In this document: piece by piece, positions 39,973 to 48,591 of the stretch
Layout: each line of letters starts with the position of its first letter
Position numbering within the stretch: the stretch's first letter is position 1
Source of the DNA: Paracoccus sp. (in: a-proteobacteria)
Lineage (GTDB): Bacteria > Pseudomonadota > Alphaproteobacteria > Rhodobacterales > Rhodobacteraceae
DNA: 64,000 bases
Assembly: GCF_030538755.1 (NCBI RefSeq)
Contig: NZ_JAUNTJ010000018.1
Coordinates: forward strand, 1,637 to 65,636
Direction of reading: 5' to 3'
Position numbers and translations under genes: made by a program
Notes under the pieces: generated by a model
The model's database searches: none
Told to the model about the DNA's origin: nothing
Seen by the model: the letters and a program-made list of their open reading frames with translations, nothing else

Positions 39973-40787
39973 CAGACCACCGCCATCACGCGCGCAGGCC
40001 CGCCGGTGCCGCGCTTGTGCTTGGGCGCGCCGACAAAGATCGTCGCCCCGGTCGCGGGCAGATCGTCCAGCCCGGCCAAATTCTCGATCCCGTAACGCCC
40101 GCCAGGCAGCCACGAATAATGCACCGCGAAATCGGCCGAGTTGCCGGGGTCCAGCGACAGCGTATCAACCCCGATCCCCGCCACATCCATGCCTGCCAGC
40201 AGATCCGTGGCCGCCCTGGAAAAGCCGGGAAAGGCCAGCGCGCCATCAGACGTGCCGCGATATGCCGTATCGGCCACTCTGGCGGCCCAGCCGGATCGCA
40301 TCGCCACCAGCGCCCCCGCCGGAATATCGCCATGGTCGCGGATAAAGGCCTCGACATCTTCGGCATCCACGGCGGCATTCGGATCGTCCGCCGCCTTGGC
40401 CGAGATGTCGATGATGCACAGCGGACACATCAACTGCCCCACCGGAATCTGATCCACCGACACCCCATCAGCCGAAAAATGCAGCGGCGCATCGACATGA
40501 GTGCCGGAATGTTCCCAGATCGTCAGCTTCCACAACTGATAACCGTCGCGGTCAAACACCTTGTCCGGCTCATAGGCAATGCCGGGCTTGCCATCAAAGG
40601 TCGGAAACGCCTCGTCCCAGGCGTGGGTCAGGTCCACCACCCGCCCCGATGACGCCGCCAGCGCAGGCCGCGCCGCCACCGGCCCAAGGGCCACCGCCGC
40701 CGCCCCGGCCACCGCCGCCCCCATCAGCAGATGCCGCCGCGACATGGCGTCACGACGCACCGATTCGATCAAACAGGCATTGCACAT
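39972..40787 (-). CDS. Cyclase (kynurenine-formamidase-like) family metallohydrolase with Tat signal
   Basis: [21 protein letters not shown] and IENL motifs. Twin-arginine SRRHLL followed by a hydrophobic stretch. Confidence 0.9.
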   Translation of the reverse strand: MCNACLIESVRRDAMSRRHLLMGAAVAGAAAVALGPVAARPALAASSGRVVDLTHAWDEAFPTFDGKPGIAYEPDKVFDRDGYQLWKLTIWEHSGTHVDAPLHFSADGVSVDQIPVGQLMCPLCIIDISAKAADDPNAAVDAEDVEAFIRDHGDIPAGALVAMRSGWAARVADTAYRGTSDGALAFPGFSRAATDLLAGMDVAGIGVDTLSLDPGNSADFAVHYSWLPGGRYGIENLAGLDDLPATGATIFVGAPKHKRGTGGPARVMAVV

Positions 40788-40858
40788 CGCTTTCTCCCAT
40801 CCATCCCGCCATGCTGCGCCCGATTCCGGCCTCGCGCAAAGAAAATCGCCGCCAGCCG

Positions 40859-40891
40859 CTTCCTGTTTGCCCAAATACGCACCTTCGGGCG
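40859..40891 (+). repeat. Dispersed repeat copy R7 (subfamily C, no G/C tail) in the divergent cyclase/purA spacer
   Basis: CTTCCTGTTTGCCCAAATACGC-ACCTTCGGGCG. Confidence 0.85.
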
Positions 40892-40980
40892 GAACGGTGC
40901 AGACGGAAATCCCTGCTTTCCCCGCCCGCGCGCATCCGTTAGACCATGCACGGCATCGCAGAACCGAAAGGGATCAGATT

Positions 40981-42273
40981 ATGGCCAATGTGGTGGTTGT
41001 CGGCGCGCAATGGGGCGACGAGGGCAAGGGCAAGATCGTCGATTGGCTGTCGGAACGGGCCGACGTCATCGCCCGCTTTCAGGGCGGCCATAACGCCGGC
41101 CATACGCTGGTCATCGGCAACGAGGTTTACAAGCTGTCGCTGCTGCCCTCGGGCATCGTACGCAAGGGCAAGCTGGCGGTGATCGGCAATGGCGTCGTGC
41201 TGGACCCGTGGGCGCTGTTCGCCGAAATCGACAAGCTGGCCGGGCAAGGGGTCCAGATCGGCACCGACAACCTGATGATCGCGGAAAACACCCCGCTGAT
41301 CCTGCCGCTGCATCAGGATCTGGACAAACTGCGCGAAGAAGCCGCGGGCAAGGCGAAAATCGGCACCACCGGCCGCGGCATCGGCCCCGCCTATGAAGAC
41401 AAGGTGGGCCGCCGCACCATCCGCGTGGCCGATCTGGGCGACGAAGAAACGCTGGACGCCCGGCTCGACCGCCTGCTGGCGCATCACGACGCGCTGCGCA
41501 GCGGCCTTGGCGCCACGCCCATCGACCGCGCCGCGTTGCGCGCCAAACTGCTGGAAATCGCGCCGAAACTGCTGCCCTACGCGCAGCCGGTGTGGAAGAT
41601 CATGGCCGACGCCCGCAAATCCGGCAAACGCATCCTGTTCGAGGGTGCGCAAGGATCGCTCTTGGATATCGATTTTGGCACCTATCCTTACGTCACCTCG
41701 TCCACCACCATGTCGGGCATGGCCGCCAGTGGCACCGGCATGGGGCCGGGGGCCATCGGTTTCGTGCTGGGCATCGTCAAGGCCTATACCACCCGCGTCG
41801 GCGAAGGCCCGTTCCCGACCGAACTGCATGATGCCGACGGTCAGCGTCTGGGCGAACGCGGGCACGAATTCGGCACCGTCACCGGGCGCAAGCGCCGCTG
41901 CGGCTGGTTCGATGCGGTGCTGGTGCGCCAGACCTGCGCCATTTCCGGCGTCAACGGCATCGCGCTGACGAAACTCGACGTGCTGGACGGGTTCGAGACG
42001 CTGAAGATCTGCACCGGCTATCAGGTCGATGGCGTGACCTATGACTATCTGCCCACCGCCGCCGCGCTGCAAGCCAAGGCCACCCCCATCTACGAGGAAA
42101 TGCCCGGCTGGTCCGAATCGACCGCAGGCGCGCGGTCATGGGCCGATCTGCCCGCCGAGGCGATCAAATACGTCCGCCGGATCGAGGAACTGATCCAGTG
42201 CCCGGTCGCGCTGCTGTCCACCAGCCCGGAACGTGACGATACGATTCTGGTGACAGATCCCTTCGCCGACTGA
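40981..42273 (+). CDS. purA: Adenylosuccinate synthetase
   Basis: [30 protein letters not shown] and [12 protein letters not shown] motifs. Confidence 0.98.
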   Translation: MANVVVVGAQWGDEGKGKIVDWLSERADVIARFQGGHNAGHTLVIGNEVYKLSLLPSGIVRKGKLAVIGNGVVLDPWALFAEIDKLAGQGVQIGTDNLMIAENTPLILPLHQDLDKLREEAAGKAKIGTTGRGIGPAYEDKVGRRTIRVADLGDEETLDARLDRLLAHHDALRSGLGATPIDRAALRAKLLEIAPKLLPYAQPVWKIMADARKSGKRILFEGAQGSLLDIDFGTYPYVTSSTTMSGMAASGTGMGPGAIGFVLGIVKAYTTRVGEGPFPTELHDADGQRLGERGHEFGTVTGRKRRCGWFDAVLVRQTCAISGVNGIALTKLDVLDGFETLKICTGYQVDGVTYDYLPTAAALQAKATPIYEEMPGWSESTAGARSWADLPAEAIKYVRRIEELIQCPVALLSTSPERDDTILVTDPFAD

Positions 42274-42650
42274 TGACGACGCGGCGGGCTGTGCTGATCG
42301 GCGGCCACCCCGATGCCGGGCGGCTGTCGGGCTTTATCTCGCGCGTGTTTCTGCCGGGGCGGGCGTTTCGCTATCACAAGGATGGCCCGTGGTGGGACCG
42401 GCTGCTGGCCGGGCGCAGTGCGGATGTGATCGTCACCATGGACACGCCGCCGCCATTCCTGCGGCTGGCCTGGTTCGATCCGCTGGGTTGGCGGCTGAAA
42501 CGGCAGGTGCCGGGCTTTTGCGGGCTGCGCCCGCTGCGGCTGTTCTATTTCGGCCCGGTGCGCCGGGGCGGGGCCGAGCGTAACCTGCCACGCTGGCGCG
42601 CCCGTCTGGCGCGGGCGGCAACAACCATTCCAAAGCCGAAAGGGCGATGA
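42273..42650 (+). pseudogene. Flavodoxin-fold NAD(P)H oxidoreductase with an apparent in-frame internal deletion
   Basis: The N-terminal GHPD motif is joined almost directly to GFISRVFLPG.AF.Y...LLAGRSADVIVTMDTP. The P(L/M)WW-containing middle expected in this family is absent. Only 125 aa. Confidence 0.65.
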
Positions 42651-42865
42651 TGGACCTGAAATCGCGCAAACGCTGGTCGCTGGTGGCCCTGCTGATCGGG
42701 CTGCCGCTGTATCTGATCTTTGCCTGGTGGCTGGTAAACTGGCTGTATGACCGCTTTGGCGATCTGCCGATGTGGGTCGAACTGCCGCTGTATGTGGTGC
42801 TGGCCATCGGCTGGGTCTTCCCGCTGAAACCCGTGTTCAGCGGCGTTGGCCGTGGCGAGGAATGA
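42647..42865 (+). CDS. Small two-TM membrane protein (DUF2842-like)
   Basis: RKRWSLVALLIGLPLY...WVELPLYVVLAIGWVFPLKPVFSGVG. Confidence 0.8.
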   Translation: MMDLKSRKRWSLVALLIGLPLYLIFAWWLVNWLYDRFGDLPMWVELPLYVVLAIGWVFPLKPVFSGVGRGEE

Positions 42866-43524
42866 CGCCGGTTCTGACCAGCGATCAGGGCGTCACGCTG
42901 ATCGGCGGCGGGCTGGTTGATGCGGATGCGCTGGCTGCGGCGCTGGCCTTGGCGCCGGTGGTGGTGGCGGCGGACAGCGGGGCCGATGCGGCGCTGGCGG
43001 CGGGGCTGATGCCAAGGGCGGTGATCGGCGATTTCGACAGCATCAGCGCGGCGGCGCGGGCGGCGATTCCGCCGGAAAACCTGCACCACATCGCCGAACA
43101 GGACAGCACCGATTTCGCCAAATGCCTGATGCGGATTGCCGCGCCCTTTGTGATCGCGGTCGGCTTTGACGGGCATCGCGTCGATCACACGCTGGCCGCG
43201 ATGACGGTGCTGGCCCGCCACCCCAAACCGCCCTGCGTGATCCTGACCGCCGCCGATGCCGTGGCGCTGGCCTCGCCCGATCTGCGGCTGGACCTGCCCG
43301 CCGGCACCCGCGTATCGCTGTTTCCGCTGGCCGAGGTGCGCGGCACCAGCACCGGCCTGCGCTGGCCCATCGACGGGCTGACCCTTGCGCCCGCTGGCCG
43401 CATCGGCACCTCGAATCAGGCGAGTGGCCCGGTTCGCATCCGCAGCACCGGCCCGCTTTTGGTCATCCTGCCCGCCGCGCATCTGCCCGCGCTGTTGCCG
43501 AAAGCGGCGCAAAGCCCTATCTGA
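42862..43524 (+). CDS. thiN: Thiamine pyrophosphokinase
   Basis: AADSGAD, IGDFDS, EQDSTDF, RVDH, GLRWP and GTSN motifs. Confidence 0.92.
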   Translation: MTPVLTSDQGVTLIGGGLVDADALAAALALAPVVVAADSGADAALAAGLMPRAVIGDFDSISAAARAAIPPENLHHIAEQDSTDFAKCLMRIAAPFVIAVGFDGHRVDHTLAAMTVLARHPKPPCVILTAADAVALASPDLRLDLPAGTRVSLFPLAEVRGTSTGLRWPIDGLTLAPAGRIGTSNQASGPVRIRSTGPLLVILPAAHLPALLPKAAQSPI

Positions 43525-43549
43525 CGCCCATCAGCGCGAAAGGCCGCCC

Positions 43550-44668
43550 ATGACTCATAATCCGATCCGCCCGTGGCGCAATATCGAGCGGCGCAAGTCG
43601 CGTCAGATCATGGTGGGCAATGTTCCCGTTGGCGGCGATGCGCCCATCAGCGTGCAGACGATGACCAACACCGACGGCACCGATGTGCGGGCCACGCTGG
43701 CGCAGGTGATCGCGGCGGCCGATGCGGGGGCGGACATCGTGCGCATCTCGGCCCCCGATCAGGACACCACGCGGGCCTTGCGCGAGATCTGCCGCGAAAG
43801 CCCGGTGCCGATCGTGGCCGACATCCATTTCCACTATAAACGCGCCATCGAGGCGGCCGAGGCGGGCGCGGCCTGCCTGCGCATCAACCCCGGCAATATC
43901 GGTGACGCATCGCGGGTGCGCGAGGTCATCAAGGCCGCCAGGGATCACGGCTGTTCGATCCGCATTGGCGTCAACGCCGGCTCGCTGGAAAAGCACCTGC
44001 TGGAAAAATACGGCGAGCCGTGCCCCGATGCGATGCTGGAAAGCGGGCTGGACCATATCAAGATATTGCAGGACAACGATTTTCACGAATACAAGATCAG
44101 CGTCAAGGCGTCTGACGTGTTCCTGTCCGCCGCCGCCTATCAGCAACTGGCCGAGGCGACTGACGCGCCCATCCACCTTGGCATTACCGAGGCGGGCGGT
44201 TTCGTTGGCGGCACGGTGAAATCGGCCATCGGGCTGGGCAGTCTGCTGTGGGCCGGGATCGGCGACACCATCCGCGTGTCGCTGTCGGCGGACCCGGTGC
44301 AGGAAATCAAGGTCGGTTTCGAGATCCTGAAATCGCTTGGCCTGCGCACGCGCGGGGTTCAGATTATTTCCTGCCCGTCCTGCGCGCGTCAGGGCTTTGA
44401 CGTGATCAGGACGGTCGAAATTCTGGAACAGCGGCTGGAACATATCAAGACGCCGATCAGCCTGTCGATCATCGGCTGTGTGGTGAACGGGCCGGGCGAG
44501 GCGCTGATGACCGATGTCGGCTTTACCGGCGGCGGGGCCGGTTCGGGCATGGTGTATCTGGCCGGGCGGCAGAGCCACAAGATGACCAATGACCAGATGG
44601 TTGACCATATCGTGCAGCAGGTCGAGGAACGCGCCGCCGCCATCGAGGCGGCCAAGGCGGCGCAATAG
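43550..44668 (+). CDS. ispG: (E)-4-hydroxy-3-methylbut-2-enyl-diphosphate synthase
   Basis: [41 protein letters not shown] and GCVVNGPGE motifs. Confidence 0.97.
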   Translation: MTHNPIRPWRNIERRKSRQIMVGNVPVGGDAPISVQTMTNTDGTDVRATLAQVIAAADAGADIVRISAPDQDTTRALREICRESPVPIVADIHFHYKRAIEAAEAGAACLRINPGNIGDASRVREVIKAARDHGCSIRIGVNAGSLEKHLLEKYGEPCPDAMLESGLDHIKILQDNDFHEYKISVKASDVFLSAAAYQQLAEATDAPIHLGITEAGGFVGGTVKSAIGLGSLLWAGIGDTIRVSLSADPVQEIKVGFEILKSLGLRTRGVQIISCPSCARQGFDVIRTVEILEQRLEHIKTPISLSIIGCVVNGPGEALMTDVGFTGGGAGSGMVYLAGRQSHKMTNDQMVDHIVQQVEERAAAIEAAKAAQ

Positions 44669-44694
44669 GCTGATGCGCGGGTGATGCGGCGGGA

Positions 44695-44764
44695 AAGGGG
44701 GCTTTGCGCCCCCTCTTGGCCTGCGGCCAATTCACCCCCGCAGGATATTTGTCAACGAAAGACG
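44695..44764 (-). repeat. Dispersed intergenic repeat copy R8 (subfamily B, extra hairpin)
   Basis: Minus strand: CGTCTTTCGTTGACAAATATCC-TGC-GGGGG-TGAATTGGCCGCAGGCCAAGA-GGGGGCGCAAAGCCCCCTT. Starts 8 nt after the DsbA-family gene stop. Confidence 0.85.
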
Positions 44765-44772
44765 GGGCGGGT

Positions 44773-45513
44773 TCAGCCGCGGGCCGCGCGCAGCTGTGCC
44801 ACGGTTGCGGCCAGTCCGGCCTGCGGCACGCCGCGCAGCAATTCGTCGCCGATGACGAAGGTTGGCGTGCCGTTGATGCGCATCCGCTCGGCCAGTTGCC
44901 GGTTGGATCGCAGCACGGCAGTGACATCTTCGGTGTTCATGGCGTTGATGATCGTGTCGCCGTCCAGCCCCAGATCGCCCGCCAGTGTTTTCAGCGCCTC
45001 CAGCGTGGCCGGGCCGCGCAGGGTCATCAGCGCGTCATGGGCCTGGACATAGGCCTGATCCCCGGCGATCTGCTGCACGGCAACGGCAAAGCGGGCCGAT
45101 GTGTCGCTGTCCTGCCCGAGGATCGGGAATTCCTTCAGGATCAGGCGAATGTTGCCGTCTTTTTCCGTCACATCGTGGATTTCATCGTTGAAGCGGCGGC
45201 AGACCCCGCAGCGATAGTCGATGAAGGCGACCATGGTCAGATCGCCGTCGGGGTTGCCGCCGACCCATGAATGGCCGTCCTCGAACAGGTCGGCGCTGTT
45301 GGCGGCGACCAGTTGCTGGTCGTTCTGGGCGTCTTCGGCGGCGCGGCGCTGTTCCAGCACATTGATCGATTCGATCAGCACTTCGGGGTTTTCCATCAGG
45401 TAATCGCGCACCGCCTGCCCGAAGGCGGCTTTTTCAGCGTCGGTCATGGCGGACAGGTCCAGCGCCATGGCGGGGGTGGCGGTCAGCAGCAGGGCGGCGA
45501 TCAGGCGTTTCAT
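44773..45513 (-). CDS. DsbA-family thioredoxin-fold periplasmic protein
   Basis: Signal peptide, VRDYLMENPE, DYRCGVC (CxxC), KEFPILG and INGTPTF motifs. Confidence 0.9.
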   Translation of the reverse strand: MKRLIAALLLTATPAMALDLSAMTDAEKAAFGQAVRDYLMENPEVLIESINVLEQRRAAEDAQNDQQLVAANSADLFEDGHSWVGGNPDGDLTMVAFIDYRCGVCRRFNDEIHDVTEKDGNIRLILKEFPILGQDSDTSARFAVAVQQIAGDQAYVQAHDALMTLRGPATLEALKTLAGDLGLDGDTIINAMNTEDVTAVLRSNRQLAERMRINGTPTFVIGDELLRGVPQAGLAATVAQLRAARG

Positions 45514-45653
45514 ACGTCTTCCTTTCGGTTTCGCGGGACCATAGCCGGATCAGCGCCCGCCGCAACCGCACGGCTGCGTGAAGCGTTGCGAAAGGTTAGC
45601 TGGGCGGTGCCGCCATCTGCTGCTAACAGCGCCGCAGCATTCATGAGGAACCG

Positions 45654-46079
45654 ATGAGCCAGGTCGAAACCACCTTTTCCAAGCCCGAGCCGCAGGAATA
45701 TGCCGCTATCCGCGCTGCCTGCGGGTCTGCCCCCATTAGCGACGAACTGGCGGCGCGCGCCCTTGGTGGCACCACGGCGCAGGTGTGCATCCGTTATCCG
45801 CAGGACGGGCTGATCGGCTTTGGCCGGGTGGTGGGCGACGGGGCGCTGTTTTTCTATTTGCAGGACGTGCTGATCCACCCGGATCATCAGGGCGAGGGCT
45901 TGGGCGAACAGATCGTTACCGCGTTGATGGACGAGATCGCCAAGATCGCCCCCGAAGGCGCGACCATCGGGCTGATGTCTACCCCCGGAAACGAGGGGTT
46001 TTATGAAAACTATGGCTTCCGCACCCGCCCCAATGACGACCACGGCGCGGGGATGAGTCAAATCGTCGGGGCCAAATAG
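45654..46079 (+). CDS. GNAT family N-acetyltransferase
   Basis: IGFGRVVGDG...DVLIHPDHQGEGLG...GFYENYGF. Confidence 0.9.
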   Translation: MSQVETTFSKPEPQEYAAIRAACGSAPISDELAARALGGTTAQVCIRYPQDGLIGFGRVVGDGALFFYLQDVLIHPDHQGEGLGEQIVTALMDEIAKIAPEGATIGLMSTPGNEGFYENYGFRTRPNDDHGAGMSQIVGAK

Positions 46080-46140
46080 TCGGGGGATGACCCCGGCGCG
46101 GCGGCGCGCTACAAGGCCGGAAAAACCGAAAGGCCAAGCC

Positions 46141-47277
46141 ATGCGTCACTCCACCCGCGGACAAGTCGATCCCTTCATCGTCATGGATGTGATGGAGGCC
46201 GCCGCCCGTGCCGAGGCGGCGGGCCGTCACATCATCCATATGGAGGTCGGTCAGCCATCCACCCCCGCGCCGTCGGGGGCGCGCGCGGCCTTGGCCGGGG
46301 CGCTGGATCAGCCGCTGGGTTACACGGTGGCGCTTGGCCTGCCGCGTCTGCGCGCGGGGATCGCGGGGCTTTACCGGCGCTGGTATGGCGTCGATCTGGA
46401 CCCGGCGCGGGTGGTGGTGACGCCCGGATCGTCGGGGGCGTTTCTGCTGGCCTTTTCGGCGCTGTTCGATGCGGGCGACAAGGTGGCCATCGGCGCGCCC
46501 GGCTATCCCAGCTATCGCCAGATCATGCGCGCCATGTCGGTGCAGCCGGTGGAAATGCTGACCGAGGCGGCGAACCGCTATCAGCCGCTGCCCGACCAGA
46601 TTCCGGCGGATGTGCAGGGGCTGATGCTGGCCTCGCCGGGGAACCCGTCGGGCACGATGCTGGGGCTGGATGAACTGCGCGCCCTGATCGAACGGGCGCA
46701 GGGGCAGGACACCGCCGTGATCTCGGACGAGATTTACCACGGCCTGTCTTATGGCAAACGCTGCCACACCGCGCTGGAGGTCTCGGATGATGTGTTCGTC
46801 ATCAATTCCTTCAGCAAGTTCTTTTGCATGACCGGCTGGCGCATCGGCTGGATGATCGTGCCCGAAAGCCATATCCGCACCGTCGAACGGATCGCGCAGA
46901 ACATGTTCATCTGCCCGCCGCACGCCAGCCAGGTCGCAGCCCTGGCCGCGCTGGATTGCGAGGACGAGGCGCGCGCCAATCTGGCCACCTATGCCGAAAA
47001 CCGCCGCCTGATGATCGAGGGGCTGCCGGCGGCTGGCTTTGGCAATTTCGCGCCGCCGGACGGGGCGTTTTACGTTTATGCCGATGTGTCCGACCTGACC
47101 CATGACAGCCGGGTGCTGGCGGCGGAAATTCTGGACCAGGCGGGGGTTGCGGTGACGCCGGGGCTGGATTTCGATTCCGTGCGCGGGGGGCAGACGCTGC
47201 GGTTCAGCTATGCCCGCTCGACCGCCGACATCACCGAGGGGTTGGCCCGGCTGCGGGATTTCATGGCCCGCAGATGA
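46141..47277 (+). CDS. PLP-dependent aminotransferase, class I/II
   Basis: HMEVGQP, ASPGNPSG, SDEIYHG and NSFSKFFCMTGWRIGW motifs. Confidence 0.93.
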   Translation: MRHSTRGQVDPFIVMDVMEAAARAEAAGRHIIHMEVGQPSTPAPSGARAALAGALDQPLGYTVALGLPRLRAGIAGLYRRWYGVDLDPARVVVTPGSSGAFLLAFSALFDAGDKVAIGAPGYPSYRQIMRAMSVQPVEMLTEAANRYQPLPDQIPADVQGLMLASPGNPSGTMLGLDELRALIERAQGQDTAVISDEIYHGLSYGKRCHTALEVSDDVFVINSFSKFFCMTGWRIGWMIVPESHIRTVERIAQNMFICPPHASQVAALAALDCEDEARANLATYAENRRLMIEGLPAAGFGNFAPPDGAFYVYADVSDLTHDSRVLAAEILDQAGVAVTPGLDFDSVRGGQTLRFSYARSTADITEGLARLRDFMARR

Positions 47278-48512
47278 GAGCGTGGTTGCTTGCCCTGATG
47301 CTGGCGCTGACGGCCTTTGCGGCAGCGGCGCGGGAACCGGCGCATCTGGATGCGGCCGGTTCCGCCGTCGTGCTGGGTCAGGCACCGGGCCGCATCGCGC
47401 AATGGTTCGGCCGCGCGCCGCACCCGCCGGTCACGCTGCGGCTGGCGCTGGACCGGGGCGTGCCGTGGCGCGCCTTTCTGCTGGACAGCCCGCCGCGTCT
47501 GGTGGTCGATTTTCGCGGGCTGGAATTTGGCGCGGCGCAGCCTGCGCAGGTGCCGGGAATGGCGGGGCTGCCCGATCTGCGCTGGGGCGCGGCGCGGCGT
47601 GACTGGTCGCGGGTGGTGGCGGAACTGCCCGGCCCTTACCGCATCGACAGCGCCGAGATGCGCACCAGTGACGGCACCAACGGCGGGGCACTGTTGGATA
47701 TTGCGCTGATCCCGGTCTCGCCCGACGATTTCGCCCCGCGCGCCAGTGCTGATCCGCGAATGCTGCCCGCGCCTGCGGATCTGCCGCCTGTGGTGCCCGC
47801 GCCCGGTGAACGCCCGCTGCGGGTGATGCTGGACCCCGGCCACGGCGGCTTTGACCCCGGCGCGCAGGCCGATGGTCAGACCGAGGCGGCGCTGGTTCTG
47901 GGCTTTGCGCTGGATCTGTCGCGCGATCTGGCGCAATCGGGGGTCGAGGTCGAACTGACCCGCCGCGACGACCGCTTTTTGTCGCTGGAATCGCGCATGA
48001 CCGCCGCGCGCGAGGCGGGGGCCGATCTGTTCATCTCGCTGCACGCCGATGCGCTGCCGCAGGGCGAGGCGACGGGCGCGACCGTCTATGTCTGGAACCC
48101 GTCTGCGGATGACCGGGCGATGGCGCAGCTGGTGCAGCGCCATGAACGCGACGATCTGCTGGCCGGGGTCGATCTGGACGGGGCTGACGACCAGCTTGCC
48201 GGGGCGCTGATGGCGATGGCGCGCGCCGATACGCAGCCCCGGTCGGAAAACTTTGCGAAATTCCTGACCTCCCGCATGGCGTTAGAGGGGATCAGCCTGC
48301 ACCGTCGCCCGGTCAAGGGCGCGGGGTTTTCGGTGTTGAAATCGCCGGATATGGCCTCGGTTCTGGTCGAGCTGGGCTTTATCACCGATGCGACTGACCG
48401 TGCCAATCTGAACGATCCGGTGTGGCGTGGACGCATGATTGCGGCCATCAGCGGCGCGGTATCGCTGTGGGCCGAGGATGAAGCCGCGCGCCGCGACCTG
48501 CTGCGCAAATAG
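47274..48512 (+). CDS. amiC: N-acetylmuramoyl-L-alanine amidase
   Basis: AMIN-like N-terminus, then LDPGHGGFDPGA, FISLHAD, and F.VLKSPD..SVLVELGF. Upstream of PBP1A. Confidence 0.9.
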   Translation: MRAWLLALMLALTAFAAAAREPAHLDAAGSAVVLGQAPGRIAQWFGRAPHPPVTLRLALDRGVPWRAFLLDSPPRLVVDFRGLEFGAAQPAQVPGMAGLPDLRWGAARRDWSRVVAELPGPYRIDSAEMRTSDGTNGGALLDIALIPVSPDDFAPRASADPRMLPAPADLPPVVPAPGERPLRVMLDPGHGGFDPGAQADGQTEAALVLGFALDLSRDLAQSGVEVELTRRDDRFLSLESRMTAAREAGADLFISLHADALPQGEATGATVYVWNPSADDRAMAQLVQRHERDDLLAGVDLDGADDQLAGALMAMARADTQPRSENFAKFLTSRMALEGISLHRRPVKGAGFSVLKSPDMASVLVELGFITDATDRANLNDPVWRGRMIAAISGAVSLWAEDEAARRDLLRK

Positions 48513-48591
48513 CGCCAATAGCAGACAGTTGCTTTGACCCAAGGGGCCGGGGCCGCTATAGCGGGGCGATTCTGTTAACAGGTCTGGTCCC

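Noticed and set aside
46081-46096. CGGGGGATGACCCCG hairpin after the GNAT gene as another repeat copy
   Set aside because: It has no 22-bp head and only one G run, and it is too short to tell from a chance GC hairpin.
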